The translations under genes and the position numbers were made by a program. Shown here in pieces: positions 1 through 10,151 of a stretch of DNA of 44,961 nucleotides (positions within the stretch are counted from its first letter, which is position 1; each line of letters begins with the position of its first letter). Under the pieces are notes generated by a model. It was not told where the DNA came from, searched no databases, and was given only the letters and a program-made list of their open reading frames with translations. Source of the DNA: Dehalococcoidia bacterium (GTDB lineage Bacteria > Chloroflexota > Dehalococcoidia > CAUJGQ01); NCBI GenBank assembly GCA_038325665.1, contig JBBQJF010000003.1:1-44961 (forward strand), in the 5' to 3' direction.

Positions 1-668
1 TCGCTGGCGAGGATGTCCGCGTCGGTCAGGACCGGCCATGCCGTCATGAGCTGGTGGCGCACCTCGGCGGCGTGGATGGCGGCACGGGGGGGACCATAGA
101 TCGCGTCAAGGTCGCCGGCGTCCTCACCGGCCAGCCGCCCATCCGGGAGATGCATCAGGGTCACGACGGCCCGCACACCCTCAACGCCCGCCGCCCGCTC
201 GACAATGCGGCGCGCCGTGTGCTCATCCGGCACCGAACCGCGGACCCGCACCACGCCGTCCGCCGCATCAATGTTGATCGCACCGGTGGGCAGCCCGGGC
301 TCACGTCCCAGCGCGGTCTCGACCCGATGCTTCACGAACTCGTGCTCATCCGGCGCCGCCGGCATCCGGTGCCACGGGGCCGCATGTGCAACGGCATGCA
401 CCACGCCTCGTGCCGGGCCAGCCACCAGACGCGGCACGCGGGCGATCGCGCGAGCGCCGGCGTATGAGTAGCGGCGTACCTTATCCCGGACGAGTGCCCG
501 ACGCCGACGCCCTCCCTGAGGGTCAAGCAAGATGGCCGCGCCCGCTCCGACGGCCGCGCTGATCACCAGCGCCCGTCCACGCGGCCGCGACCGGCCGCTG
601 ATCAGGGCAGCCCGCGCGCGGGCGCCTCGGCTGGTCCCGCGTCGCTTGTCACAGGTTGCAGATGACAT
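1..668 (-). CDS. BON domain protein with N-terminal membrane anchor/YtxH-like segment and probable CsbD-like C-terminus (3' end outside window)
   Basis: Not in ORF track (no stop in window). Translated by hand from ATG 668, RBS GAGGAGG upstream: MSSATCDKRRG...AAVGAGAAILLDPQGGRRRRALVRDK...VKHRVETALGREPGLPTGAINIDAADGVVRVRGSVPDEHTARRIVERAAGVEGVRAVV (BON) ...WPVLTDADILAS. Confidence 0.8.
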   Translation of the reverse strand, partial: MSSATCDKRRGTSRGARARAALISGRSRPRGRALVISAAVGAGAAILLDPQGGRRRRALVRDKVRRYSYAGARAIARVPRLVAGPARGVVHAVAHAAPWHRMPAAPDEHEFVKHRVETALGREPGLPTGAINIDAADGVVRVRGSVPDEHTARRIVERAAGVEGVRAVVTLMHLPDGRLAGEDAGDLDAIYGPPRAAIHAAEVRHQLMTAWPVLTDADILAS

Positions 669-709
669 CCGGCATCCTCCTCGCCACGTGAGAATAGTAG
701 ACCAGCGGC

Positions 710-745
710 ATTGTGCCCCGCGGCTGCGGTGCTGTCTGTCGGGCA
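710..745 (-). promoter_or_regulatory. Island promoter motif copy 1 (TGCCCGACAGAC-N18-CACAAT), upstream of BON gene
   Basis: Perfect TRCCYGACAGAC at 745-734; -10-like CACAAT at 715-710; partial inverted partner TGCCTGACAAC at 771-781, 25 bp away. Confidence 0.7.
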
Positions 746-928
746 TTCTCCCCCATCTCGTCGCGGCTGATGCCTGACAACGCGGCGCCGGTGGCGCGAA
801 CCGGCGGGCACGCGAAACCAGGAACTCAGGCGCTCGCCCGCCCTCCACCGACGATTCACGATCCCGTGCAGTAGCACGCGCCGGCGGCCGTTTGGTAGAG
901 GGCACTTCCCCGCCGATTTGTCTCTCGA

Positions 929-965
929 TACCCGACAGACAGGAACGCTCACTGGGGCCGATTAT
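929..965 (+). promoter_or_regulatory. Island promoter motif copy 2 (TACCCGACAGAC-N19-GATTAT)
   Basis: Perfect 12-mer at 929-940, oriented toward the DDN gene. Confidence 0.55.
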
Positions 966-1181
966 CAGCCATGAGGAGTGCAGGCCGCTGCTCGCGTTGA
1001 TTGCCCCAGCAAGGGCGAAACGGAAACTGCACCAATTGGCCGGCCGGTGCTGTGCCACCCACCGGTGGTCTAGCGTCCTCGCAAGCGCCGTGGTCACGAT
1101 CGCGGGTGAGGGTGTGGCTACGGAGCGGAGGCTGATACCGCGTTGACTGATTGCGTAGCGTGATTGACGGAGGTGTATGCC

Positions 1182-1898
1182 ATGGGGACGACGACACGAC
1201 AACCGCACCGGAGTGGCCCGGCCCGCCGCTCTCGATCGATGTTGGACCCATTATGGCTTCTCAACCACCTTGCCAATCCGGTCGTGCGACTGGTCCTGCG
1301 TTCGCCGTTCCACGGCCTGCTGAGCAGCGCCGTGATGCTCCTGACCTACCACGGCCGGCGGAGCGGGCGAAGCTATACCATGCCTGTTCAGTACGCGCGC
1401 GACGGACACGCCATCTACGTTTTGCCCGGCTGGCCCGCGCGCAAGACCTGGTGGCGGAACCTGCGCGGCGGCGCGCCGGTCGAATTGCGGGTGAGAGGGA
1501 GGGTCGTGGCCGGGACGGCGGAAGTGCTTGCGGGACGCGACGACGCGGCGGCACTCGCGATCGGCCTGACCCGTTTCCTGCAGCGTTTCCCGCGCGCGGC
1601 CCGGGCGAGTCAAGTGCACATCTCAGCGGACGGCGATCCAAACCCGGCCGAGGTTCAGGCCGCGGCCGCGGCATCGGTCATGGTGCGCATCTCGGTGAGC
1701 GCTCCGTCCGGCTGCCCCACCGCTGCGCGTCACACTGCCCCACAACGCCAGCAGGACTTACCCGACAGACGGGCGACTACCGGAACGCCATCATACCTGT
1801 GCCGGCAATCGGCGAGTATTTCGGCCGCTCGACGCCACGGTGAGGTGATTCGATGTTTGCGCGCGCAACCCTGCTCGAAATCGACACCGTCCGGATGA
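1182..1898 (+). CDS. Nitroreductase family deazaflavin (F420H2)-dependent oxidoreductase (DDN/FDOR-A)
   Basis: LLTYHGRRSGRSYTMPVQY and WWRNLRGGAPVELRVRG motifs; ATG 1182 has GGAGG RBS; the last ~65 aa look like non-conserved read-through across the next promoter. Confidence 0.85.
   Translation: MGTTTRQPHRSGPARRSRSMLDPLWLLNHLANPVVRLVLRSPFHGLLSSAVMLLTYHGRRSGRSYTMPVQYARDGHAIYVLPGWPARKTWWRNLRGGAPVELRVRGRVVAGTAEVLAGRDDAAALAIGLTRFLQRFPRAARASQVHISADGDPNPAEVQAAAAASVMVRISVSAPSGCPTAARHTAPQRQQDLPDRRATTGTPSYLCRQSASISAARRHGEVIRCLRAQPCSKSTPSG
1759..1794 (+). promoter_or_regulatory. Island promoter motif copy 3 (TACCCGACAGAC-N18-CATCAT)
   Basis: Perfect 12-mer, upstream of the 1853 ORF / ABC permease / P-type ATPase run. 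Confidence 0.65.
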
Positions 1899-2169
1899 AC
1901 CTGAACACCGCATTGGAGCGTGTCACGGAGCGTGTCCTGCCCGCGCTGCGCACGCGGCCAGGGTATCAGGGGGTGTCCGCGCGAAGACGCCCGCCGGCAA
2001 CGGGCTGCTGCTCACCCTATGGGAGCGCGAGGCGGCGGCGGAAGCTGGGGTGACGAGCGGCTATTACGACGAGCAGGTGTCTGAATTCTTGATGTTCCTG
2101 CGCGAGCCGTCGAGCCGCGACCACTACGAGGTCGCCTTCAGTGAAGTGCCGGCATCAACGCCGGTGTGA
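1853..2169 (+). pseudogene. Frameshifted ABM-like (dimeric alpha/beta barrel) small protein
   Basis: MFARATLLEIDTVRMNLNTALERVTERVLPALRTRPGYQGV continues coherently in another frame after ~1980 as KTPAGNGLLLTLWEREAAAEAGVTSGYYDEQVSEFLMFLREPSSRDHYEVAFSEVPASTPV*; GAGGTG RBS. Confidence 0.7.
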
Positions 2170-2249
2170 CACGGGCTGCGCAACTTATGTCGTGTCGAGC
2201 ACCGGCATACCGGCCATCATTCGGTGCCCAGCACACCGAGGAGGGCGCC

Positions 2250-5200
2250 ATGGACAAGCTATTCGGCATCTCGATGACCTCCATCATGTGGGTATTGCTG
2301 GCCCTGTTCGCGGCGTGCATCGCGATGGTGCTATCGATCTGGGTCACCAACCGCGTTATGTTCCGCCTGGGGCTGCGCAATGTTGTCCGTCGCCGCACCC
2401 ATACCGGGCTGGTGGTGGTGGGGCTGATGCTCGCCACTCTGATCATCACCGCCGCCTTCGCCACCGGCGACTCACTCGACTACTCAATCACCAAGATCGC
2501 CTACGACAACCTCCAGCGGACCGACCTGAGTCTGCATCACTTCCGCCCCACGGGCGGCGGGGAGAGCACGGCGGCTGTCCCGGAGAGTGGCTACGCGACC
2601 GAAACCATAATCCCAGCGCTGCGGCGGGCCTTCACGGATGACCCCGACATCGAAGGGTTCATTCCGCTCCTTTTCGAGGTCGCCCCAGCGCTCAACCCCC
2701 GCACGAAGCTGATCGAACCCGCGGCGATGCTCGCCGGAGTCGATCCGGCATCGCTCGACCACTTCGGTGGGTTGCGCGTCGTGGGCGGCGGGCGCGCCGA
2801 CCTCGCCGCGCTTGACGAGGCGACCGTCTACGTCAACCGGCGGGCGGCGGACAGGTTCGAGGCCCGGCGCGGCGACACGATCACCGTCTACGTACGGGGG
2901 ACCGCGCACGACTTCCGCGTCGCCGGCATCGTCGAAGACGAGCGGGCGAGCGGTGCGCTCGAATTTGGAACTTCGATCTCGTTGCCCGGCATCGTCCTGC
3001 CGCTGCCGGTGCTGCAGGAATTGGTAGGGCGGCCCGGCCAGATCTCGACCATCAACGTCGTGCTTTTCGGCGACGCGCGCAGCTCCATGATCCGCTCGGA
3101 CCCGGCCGCGGCACGGTTGGAGGAGTTCAGCCGAGAGGACCAAACGAAGGCAGCGTTCGGCCTGGAGGGGATCGCCTTCCAGGTGGAGAAGAATAAGCAG
3201 GACGCCGTGAAGGGCGCCGAACAGGCCGGCAATGCCTTCACGACCATCTTCATCCTAATGGGGCTGTTCTCGATCGCGGCGGGTGTGCTGCTGATCTTCA
3301 TGATCTTCGTGATGCTCGCCGCCGAGCGCCAAACGGAGATGGGCATTGCCCGCGCCGTCGGGGCCAAACGTGCGCACCTCGTGGAGATGTTCGTCTCCGA
3401 GGGTATGGTCTACGACATCATCGCTGGTGCGGCGGGCGCCGTGCTCGGCGTCGCGGCCGCGTTCTGGTTGATCGTCGGCGGCGCCCGCGTCGTGATCGGT
3501 GAGGAATTCGATTTCTTCGCGCCGCACGTCAGCGTCCGCTCGCTGGTCGTCAGCTACTGCCTCGGCGTCGTGCTGACCTTCCTCACGGTGGTGATCTCGT
3601 CGATGCGAGTCAGCCGACTGAACATCGTGGCGGCGATGCGCGGCCTGGATGAAGGGCGGCGCCGGCGCGAGCACCGGCAGCGGACCCACTGGCGCTGGGT
3701 GCTCGCGGGCGTCCCGGCGCTGGTGATCCCGCCGCTGGGGCTGTACTGGCTGCTGCGTAAAGGCTTCCGCCTGCCGTGGGCGTGGATCATCGGCCCCGTC
3801 GGCATCGCCCTCGGCGGAGCACTACTGGCCATAGGCAAGGTGACGGCACAGTCGTTTCCCTTCACTCTGGGCATGTCGCTCTTGCCGTTCTCGGCTGCCG
3901 CGCTGGCCGGCTACTACGGGGCACCCAGCCGCATCACGTGGACGACCGTCGGACTGCTGCTGGCGATCTTCTGGCTGGCGCCGACTGACCTGCATGACCG
4001 GCTGTTCGGCAAGCTGACGGGCGGCATGGAGATGTTCGTGCTGTCCGGCATTATGATCGTCGCCGCATTCACACTGGTGATCGTCTTCAACGCGCGACTG
4101 CTCAACGCGCTCACGGAACGGATCGGCGATACGAGCGCCGCGTACCGTGTGCCGCTGACGCTGCTCGGTGGAGCACTGTTGGCGATCGCCATTGCCTTCG
4201 TGGCCGGCGACCGGGCGGGCGGGCTGGGTCAGCTCTTCTACCTGCTCGCCGGGTTGCTCGTGCTGGCCGCGGCGCTCGCCCTCGCTGCCGTGCGCGTACC
4301 CAGCCTGGCGCCCGCATTGAAGATGGGCGTCGCTTACCCACTCGCCAACCGCTTCCGTACGGGCATGACGATCGCCATGTTCTCGCTAATCGTCTTCAGC
4401 CTGATCGTGATGAGTATCATCAACGCCAGCTTCCTCCAGCTCTTCGCCGGCGACGAATCGACGGGCGGATGGGACATCAGCGTGACCACCGCCCGCACCA
4501 ACCCGGTGCCGGATGTGCGCGTCGCCCTGGCAGAGGAGGGCTCGTTTGACGTCTCTCAAATCATTGCCCAGGGTCGGATGACGCGATTCGACAGCGACAA
4601 CCACGAGGTGCGCCAGGCCGGCAGCGACCGTGAGTGGCAGAAATACTCGGTTCGCGCCGGCGATGGCGCCTTCTGGTCGGGCAACGCGGCGAAGTTCGAT
4701 GGGCGCGCCGCCGGATACGACAGTGATCGGGCGGTCTTTGACGCCGTCGGTGCCACGCCTGGCCTAGCGGTGATTGACTCATTCCCGATGCAGTCGCAGC
4801 AGGGATTCGGGGCCGGCGGCTGGCATGTCAGCGGTGTTGCGATCAAGGACAGCGTGTTCGAGCCGTTCGAGGTGGAGTTTCGCGACCTATCCACCGGCCG
4901 CACCGCAAGGGTGACGGTGGTCGGTGTATTCTCCGCCAAAATCCCGACAACAATGATCGTAGGCGTGTACACGAACGAGCAGACGTTCCGGGCGGTGTAC
5001 GGCACGCCGGAGTACGACGACACGCTGCTGCGCCTCGCTCCCGGCGTGGACGGCGACAAGGCCGCGAAGGCGATCAAGGCCGCGCTCGTGACGAGAGGTG
5101 TACAGGCAAGCTCGATCCAAAAAATGGTCGACGATGTGCTGGCGCAGTCGCGCGGCATCATGCGCATCTTTCAGGTCTTCATGGGGCTGGGACTGCTGGT

Positions 5201-5558
5201 GGGGATCGCGGCGCTGGGCGTGGTCGCCTTTCGCTCGGTGGTTGAGCGGCGGCAGCAGATCGGCATGCTGCGCGCGATCGGCTACCAGCGCGGCACGGTA
5301 GCGTTGAGTTTCCTCTTGGAGTCAAGCTTCATCGCTTCGATGGGTATCCTCTCGGGTGTGGTGGGCGCGGCCATCCTGTCGTACAACCTGATCAATTCCA
5401 ATTACTTCACCACAACTTCGGGTCTGACCTTCTACATCCCCTGGACGGAGGTGATAGCCTTCGCGGTGATCGCCTATGGATCTGCGCTGCTGATGACCTG
5501 GTGGCCCAGCCGCCGCGCGGCGAGGGTACCTATCGCCGAGGCGCTGCGGTATGAGTAA
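2250..5558 (+). CDS. FtsX/MacB-like ABC transporter permease (duplicated FtsX domains)
   Basis: Two FtsX signatures (AERQTEMGIARAVGA; VERRQQIGMLRAIGY), C-terminal PSRRAARVPIAEALRYE; ATG 2250 with GAGGAGG RBS. Confidence 0.92.
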   Translation: MDKLFGISMTSIMWVLLALFAACIAMVLSIWVTNRVMFRLGLRNVVRRRTHTGLVVVGLMLATLIITAAFATGDSLDYSITKIAYDNLQRTDLSLHHFRPTGGGESTAAVPESGYATETIIPALRRAFTDDPDIEGFIPLLFEVAPALNPRTKLIEPAAMLAGVDPASLDHFGGLRVVGGGRADLAALDEATVYVNRRAADRFEARRGDTITVYVRGTAHDFRVAGIVEDERASGALEFGTSISLPGIVLPLPVLQELVGRPGQISTINVVLFGDARSSMIRSDPAAARLEEFSREDQTKAAFGLEGIAFQVEKNKQDAVKGAEQAGNAFTTIFILMGLFSIAAGVLLIFMIFVMLAAERQTEMGIARAVGAKRAHLVEMFVSEGMVYDIIAGAAGAVLGVAAAFWLIVGGARVVIGEEFDFFAPHVSVRSLVVSYCLGVVLTFLTVVISSMRVSRLNIVAAMRGLDEGRRRREHRQRTHWRWVLAGVPALVIPPLGLYWLLRKGFRLPWAWIIGPVGIALGGALLAIGKVTAQSFPFTLGMSLLPFSAAALAGYYGAPSRITWTTVGLLLAIFWLAPTDLHDRLFGKLTGGMEMFVLSGIMIVAAFTLVIVFNARLLNALTERIGDTSAAYRVPLTLLGGALLAIAIAFVAGDRAGGLGQLFYLLAGLLVLAAALALAAVRVPSLAPALKMGVAYPLANRFRTGMTIAMFSLIVFSLIVMSIINASFLQLFAGDESTGGWDISVTTARTNPVPDVRVALAEEGSFDVSQIIAQGRMTRFDSDNHEVRQAGSDREWQKYSVRAGDGAFWSGNAAKFDGRAAGYDSDRAVFDAVGATPGLAVIDSFPMQSQQGFGAGGWHVSGVAIKDSVFEPFEVEFRDLSTGRTARVTVVGVFSAKIPTTMIVGVYTNEQTFRAVYGTPEYDDTLLRLAPGVDGDKAAKAIKAALVTRGVQASSIQKMVDDVLAQSRGIMRIFQVFMGLGLLVGIAALGVVAFRSVVERRQQIGMLRAIGYQRGTVALSFLLESSFIASMGILSGVVGAAILSYNLINSNYFTTTSGLTFYIPWTEVIAFAVIAYGSALLMTWWPSRRAARVPIAEALRYE

Positions 5559-5678
5559 CCCAGCTCGTCAGAACCGGGGCCATGCGGCGGCAACCCCGGC
5601 AAGGGTCGAAGAGGCGCGCTCCAGTTGTCTCGGCCTCTCCGACCGACTACCCGAGGGCCGAGCGCCGAGGAGGTCTGT

Positions 5679-8315
5679 GTGAGCGACCGGTCGCCGCATC
5701 TGGGAGCGCCGCCGACGGTGACCCAGCTCGCCGCGCTTACTCCCGAACAGAGGCTGGCGGCGCTCCACTCAAGGCCCGAAGGACTACGCGCGAGTGAAGC
5801 GCGGGCTCGGCTGGCGGCCTATGGCCCCAATGAACCCGTGCGCGAGCACAGGCGCCGTCCGCTGCTTACCTTCGTAGCGAACTTCACGCACACACTCGCG
5901 CTGCTCCTGTGGTTCGCGGCGGGTCTCGCGCTCGCGGCCGGCATCGCGGAGCTGGCGGTGGCGATCTGCGCCGTCGTCCTAGTGAACGGCGTTTTCGCCT
6001 TTCTGCAGGAGTACCGCGCCGAACAGCTGGTGAGCGGTCTCATGCGCCGCGTCGCGATTCAAACCGCTGTCCGGCGCGAGGGGCGCGAGATGCAGTTGGC
6101 GGCGCATGATCTGGTCCCTGGCGACATCGTCCTGCTGCGGGCGGGCGATGTCGTACCCGCCGATTGCGCCCTGCTTGCCACCAACGGCTTCACTCTCGAT
6201 CTGTCGATGCTCACCGGCGAGAGCACTCCCGTGGAGCGGGAGCCCGCGGCCGTGCGAGTGACCGGCGGTGCGATCGCACTGCTCGATCTAACCTGCATCG
6301 CGCCGGGCGGCGCGGCCGTGGCCACCGGCTCCGGCGAAGGCGTGGTGTGCGCCACCGGCCCGGATAGCACCCTTGGATCGATTTCAGCGCTGGTCGAGGG
6401 GGTGCACCGCGGCCGATCCATGTTGGAACGCCAGGTAGCGGATCTGTCGCGCATTACTGCCGCCGCGGCGGTGCTTGCCGGTGCGATCACGCTGGCATTG
6501 GCGACACTGAGCACTGAGACCAGCTTCTCAACGGCACTGACCTTCGCCACGGGGGTGATCGTGGCGCTCGTGCCGGAGGGACTGCTGCCAACGCTCAGCG
6601 TGTCGCTCGCCATCGGCGCGCGGCGCATGGCGGCGCGCGGCGCGGCGGTTCGGCGCCTTTCCGCCGTGGAGATTGTCGGCTCCGTGACGGTGATCTGCAC
6701 CGATAAGACCGGCACGCTCACCGAAAACTCTCTCACGGTGCTCGGCTTCGAGCCGGCCGATGCAACGCCATCGCTACATCGCCGAGCGCTACTCGCGGCC
6801 GCACTGTGCAACGATGCCCGCCGATCCGATGCCGGCTGGGAAGGTGATCCGCTCGACGTGGCGCTGGCGAGATGGGCGGAGGGGGAAGGATGCGCGCCCG
6901 ACTCATTGCGCGACGATCACCCACGGTTCGCGGAGCTTCCCTTCGATGCGCACCGCCGCTTCATGTCGGTCACATGCGATGTAGACGGCGACCGAACCGA
7001 CCTCATCAAGGGGGCGCCCGAGGCAGTACTGGCGCTTGCCGGCCTCGGGGAAGCGCCGCCGGCGGTTGCGACGGCGTTGACCGAGGGCACGGCGCGGGGT
7101 GAACGGCCGATTCTGCTGGCAGCCGGGGCGACCGGTACGCCGCCGCGACTACTCGGGCTGGTACGATTGCACGACCCGCCGCGAGCGGGGGTGCCCGAAG
7201 CGGTCGCCGCCTGCCGCCAGGCCGGGGTGCGGGTTGTGATGCTGACCGGCGACCATCCCGCCACGGCACGAGCACTGGCGCGCATGGTCGGGTTGGGGGA
7301 CGACCGCCTGCCGGTCATCGAAGGCCGGGAGCTGGACACGCTCGGCAATGTGGAACTGCTGGCCTTGCTCGGTAAAGACGCGGTCTTCGCGCGCATCGAC
7401 CCAGGACAGAAGCTGCGGATCGTGTCGCTCCTGCGGCGCGCCGGCGAGGTCGTGGTCGTCACCGGCGACGGCATCAACGACGCGCCTGCCCTGCGCGCCG
7501 CCGACGTGGGTGTGGCGATGGGGCGGCGCGGCACCGAGGTGGCCAAGCAGGCGGCGGATATCGTGCTCGCCGACGATAACTTCGCGACCATTGTGGCTGC
7601 CATCGAGGAGGGCCGATCGATTAAAGCGAACATCCGGCGTTTCATCAGTTACGTGTTCACCAGCAACGTGGCGGAACTGGCGCCGTTCCTCGTGTACATC
7701 TTCCTACCCGTACCCCTACCACTGGCGATCATGCAGGTACTGGCGATCGACCTCGGCACCGATCTTCTGCCCGCCCTGGCGCTCGGCGTCGAGCCGCCAT
7801 CAGCCGGCACGATGCAGGCTCCGCCCGAGCCGCCGGGCAGGCCGCTGCTCACGCGCGCCCTCGGCTTCAAGACGTTCTTCTTCTTCGGGCTGATCGAATC
7901 GGCCCTCGGGTTGATCGCGTTCTTCGCCGTCTATCTGGTCGATGGCTGGCGACCGTTCGCGTCGCTTGCGCCCCACGCGTCGGTGGCGCGTGACGCGACG
8001 ACGCTGACCTTCGTGGGCATCGTCGCGGGGCAGATTGGCTGCCTGTTCGCTCAACGCGACGGCCCGCGTCGACGGATGCTCTCGCTCCGCGCCAACCGCT
8101 GGATCGGCTGGGGGCTGGCATTCGAGCTATGGTTGACGCTCACACTGGTGTATGTGCCGGGCCTCAACCGGCTGTTCTCGATGGTCGCGGTCGCGCCGGT
8201 CTGGCTGCTGGTGATGCCGGTCGGGGCCGCGATCGTCATCGGGTTGGAGGCAGCCCGCCGTCGCCTTTCCTCGACAGCCGGCCCCCATGCTGCCGTCAAG
8301 AACAGCGGAAACTGA
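5679..8315 (+). CDS. Cation-transporting P-type ATPase (type II, CtpF/PacL-like)
   Basis: LTGES, VPEGL, DKTGTLT, KGAPE, MLTGD, TGDGINDAPAL motifs; GTG 5679 with GAGGAGG RBS. Confidence 0.95.
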   Translation: MSDRSPHLGAPPTVTQLAALTPEQRLAALHSRPEGLRASEARARLAAYGPNEPVREHRRRPLLTFVANFTHTLALLLWFAAGLALAAGIAELAVAICAVVLVNGVFAFLQEYRAEQLVSGLMRRVAIQTAVRREGREMQLAAHDLVPGDIVLLRAGDVVPADCALLATNGFTLDLSMLTGESTPVEREPAAVRVTGGAIALLDLTCIAPGGAAVATGSGEGVVCATGPDSTLGSISALVEGVHRGRSMLERQVADLSRITAAAAVLAGAITLALATLSTETSFSTALTFATGVIVALVPEGLLPTLSVSLAIGARRMAARGAAVRRLSAVEIVGSVTVICTDKTGTLTENSLTVLGFEPADATPSLHRRALLAAALCNDARRSDAGWEGDPLDVALARWAEGEGCAPDSLRDDHPRFAELPFDAHRRFMSVTCDVDGDRTDLIKGAPEAVLALAGLGEAPPAVATALTEGTARGERPILLAAGATGTPPRLLGLVRLHDPPRAGVPEAVAACRQAGVRVVMLTGDHPATARALARMVGLGDDRLPVIEGRELDTLGNVELLALLGKDAVFARIDPGQKLRIVSLLRRAGEVVVVTGDGINDAPALRAADVGVAMGRRGTEVAKQAADIVLADDNFATIVAAIEEGRSIKANIRRFISYVFTSNVAELAPFLVYIFLPVPLPLAIMQVLAIDLGTDLLPALALGVEPPSAGTMQAPPEPPGRPLLTRALGFKTFFFFGLIESALGLIAFFAVYLVDGWRPFASLAPHASVARDATTLTFVGIVAGQIGCLFAQRDGPRRRMLSLRANRWIGWGLAFELWLTLTLVYVPGLNRLFSMVAVAPVWLLVMPVGAAIVIGLEAARRRLSSTAGPHAAVKNSGN

Positions 8316-8333
8316 CACCGAGTCGATCCAGAT

Positions 8334-9329
8334 TCATGTCCGGGTGTTGGGAATTAGCACGGCGGCGCCACGCACACGACCCTCACGCAGCCTGCTCAGC
8401 GCCTCGTTCGCCTCCCCCAGCGGGAAGACCTCGACCGCCGTCCGCACCGGAACCTTCGGAGCCAGCGCCAGGAACTCCTCGCCATCCCGCCGCGTGAGGT
8501 TCGCCACCGATCGGACCGTGCGCTCGCCCCAGAGGATATCGTAGGGAAATGCCGGGATATCGCTCATATGGATGCCCGCGCAAACCACCGTGCCACCCTT
8601 CGCGACTGCCCGGAGTGCGGCCGGGACGAGCGCCCCGACCGGGGCGAAGAGGATAGCGGCGTCCAGCGGTTCCAGCGGCTGCTGGTCTGACGGGCCTGCC
8701 CATTCCGCGCCCAACTCGCGGGCGAAGAGCCGCGCGTCCACATCACCCGGCCGTGTAAACGCGAAGATGCGGCGCCCCTGGTGACGGGCAATCTGCACCA
8801 CGATATGCGCGGCCGCCCCGAATCCGTAAATGCCGAGCCGTTCGGCGTCGCCCGCGGCCACCAGCGAGCGGTAGCCGATCAGCCCGGCACAGAGCAGCGG
8901 CGCGGCCTCGACGTCGCCGAACGACGCGGGGACAGCGAAGCAGAATCGCTCGTCGGCGAGCGCGTAGTCCGCGTACCCCCCGTCGAGCTGATACCCGGTG
9001 AATCGCGCCTGATCGCAAAGGTTTTCGCGGCCGCTGACACAGTAGTGGCAGATGCCACATGTCCACCCAAGCCAGGGCACGCCCACCCGATCGCCGGTGG
9101 CAAAGCGGTCCGCGCCGTGAGCGCGGCCGGCCACGACCCCCACGATCTCGTGGCCGAGCACCAGCGGCAGTTTCGGGTACGGCAGGTCGCCATCGACAAC
9201 GTGCAGGTCGGTGCGGCACACACCACACGCGCCCACTCGGATCAGCACCTGACCGGCGCCTGGCTCGGGCGCCGGCACATCGGCGGCACGGAGGGGGCGG
9301 CGCGCATCATCGAGCAGCATGGCCTTCAT
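8334..9329 (-). CDS. Zinc-dependent alcohol dehydrogenase family protein
   Basis: CGVCRTDLH, GHEIVG, CGICHYCVSGRENLC, GIYGFGAAA; CATACT 6 nt before ATG and no RBS suggest a leaderless transcript. Confidence 0.95.
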   Translation of the reverse strand: MKAMLLDDARRPLRAADVPAPEPGAGQVLIRVGACGVCRTDLHVVDGDLPYPKLPLVLGHEIVGVVAGRAHGADRFATGDRVGVPWLGWTCGICHYCVSGRENLCDQARFTGYQLDGGYADYALADERFCFAVPASFGDVEAAPLLCAGLIGYRSLVAAGDAERLGIYGFGAAAHIVVQIARHQGRRIFAFTRPGDVDARLFARELGAEWAGPSDQQPLEPLDAAILFAPVGALVPAALRAVAKGGTVVCAGIHMSDIPAFPYDILWGERTVRSVANLTRRDGEEFLALAPKVPVRTAVEVFPLGEANEALSRLREGRVRGAAVLIPNTRT

Positions 9330-9406
9330 GCCGACAGTATGCAGCGGTGCGCCGGTCGGGGCGAGGCTGTGTGTCCGTGCAATCCCCTACGCCAATCGTC
9401 CAACTC

Positions 9407-9442
9407 TACCTGACAGACAACGGGAACGCCGCGGCAGAAGCT
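9407..9442 (+). promoter_or_regulatory. Island promoter motif copy 4 (TACCTGACAGAC-N18-GAAGCT)
   Basis: Perfect 12-mer upstream of the USP gene at 9485. Confidence 0.7.
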
Positions 9443-9484
9443 GGTGGCAGAAGGCCGCACGACGGCCTGACCGAGAGGTGACGC

Positions 9485-9961
9485 ATGTTTAGCAGGATTC
9501 TCGTGCCGCTCGATGGTTCGACATTTGCCGAGCGCGTATTACCGACCGTGGAGCGACTGGCCGCGTCGACCAATGCCGAGGTAGCGCTGGTGCGGGTGGT
9601 GGATCTGGTTGCACCCGGCGGCCGTGAGCCGGGCGTCGTGAGCTACCTGGACGAGCATCGTATCAAGACGGCTCAGGATTACATCGTAGAGGCGGCGGCG
9701 TCCCTGAAGCTCGGGCGACCGGTGCCGGCTGAAGCCTACCTGGCCGATGACATCGCCTGTGGGATCCTGGCCCGCGCGGCGGACTGGGGGGCAGACGTTA
9801 TCGTGATGACGTCGCACGGCGAGTCGTGGCCGGCAACTACCCTGCTCGGCAGTGTGGCGGGGCATCTGACCCGTGACGCTAACTGCCCGCTGCTGGTGAT
9901 CGGTCCGCATACAGACGTGGAAACCACGAGCCAGGACAACAAGCAGGTGGCCCACCGTTGA
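9485..9961 (+). CDS. Universal stress protein (single domain)
   Basis: ILVPLDGS...ADVIVMTSHG...LGSVA...CPLLVI. Confidence 0.92.
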   Translation: MFSRILVPLDGSTFAERVLPTVERLAASTNAEVALVRVVDLVAPGGREPGVVSYLDEHRIKTAQDYIVEAAASLKLGRPVPAEAYLADDIACGILARAADWGADVIVMTSHGESWPATTLLGSVAGHLTRDANCPLLVIGPHTDVETTSQDNKQVAHR

Positions 9962-10151
9962 CTCGGATCGTGGCACGGTCATTCCTTGCCCGATCCGCCA
10001 CAGAGCGGGCATTCTCGACCACACTGGTTCGTTGAGGTTGGCCCCGGGTACGGGGGTACAGTTGGGGATTGGGGGCGGTGTCGGCTCGAGCAACCGCGCC
10101 GCCCCGGATGGCCATCGAGTCCCCTTTGATCGTTATGTCGGCGGGTGTTGT

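Noticed and set aside
54-1146. Short ORFs listed in the track for this interval
   Set aside because: Shadows of the BON gene or of regulatory DNA; no recognisable protein features
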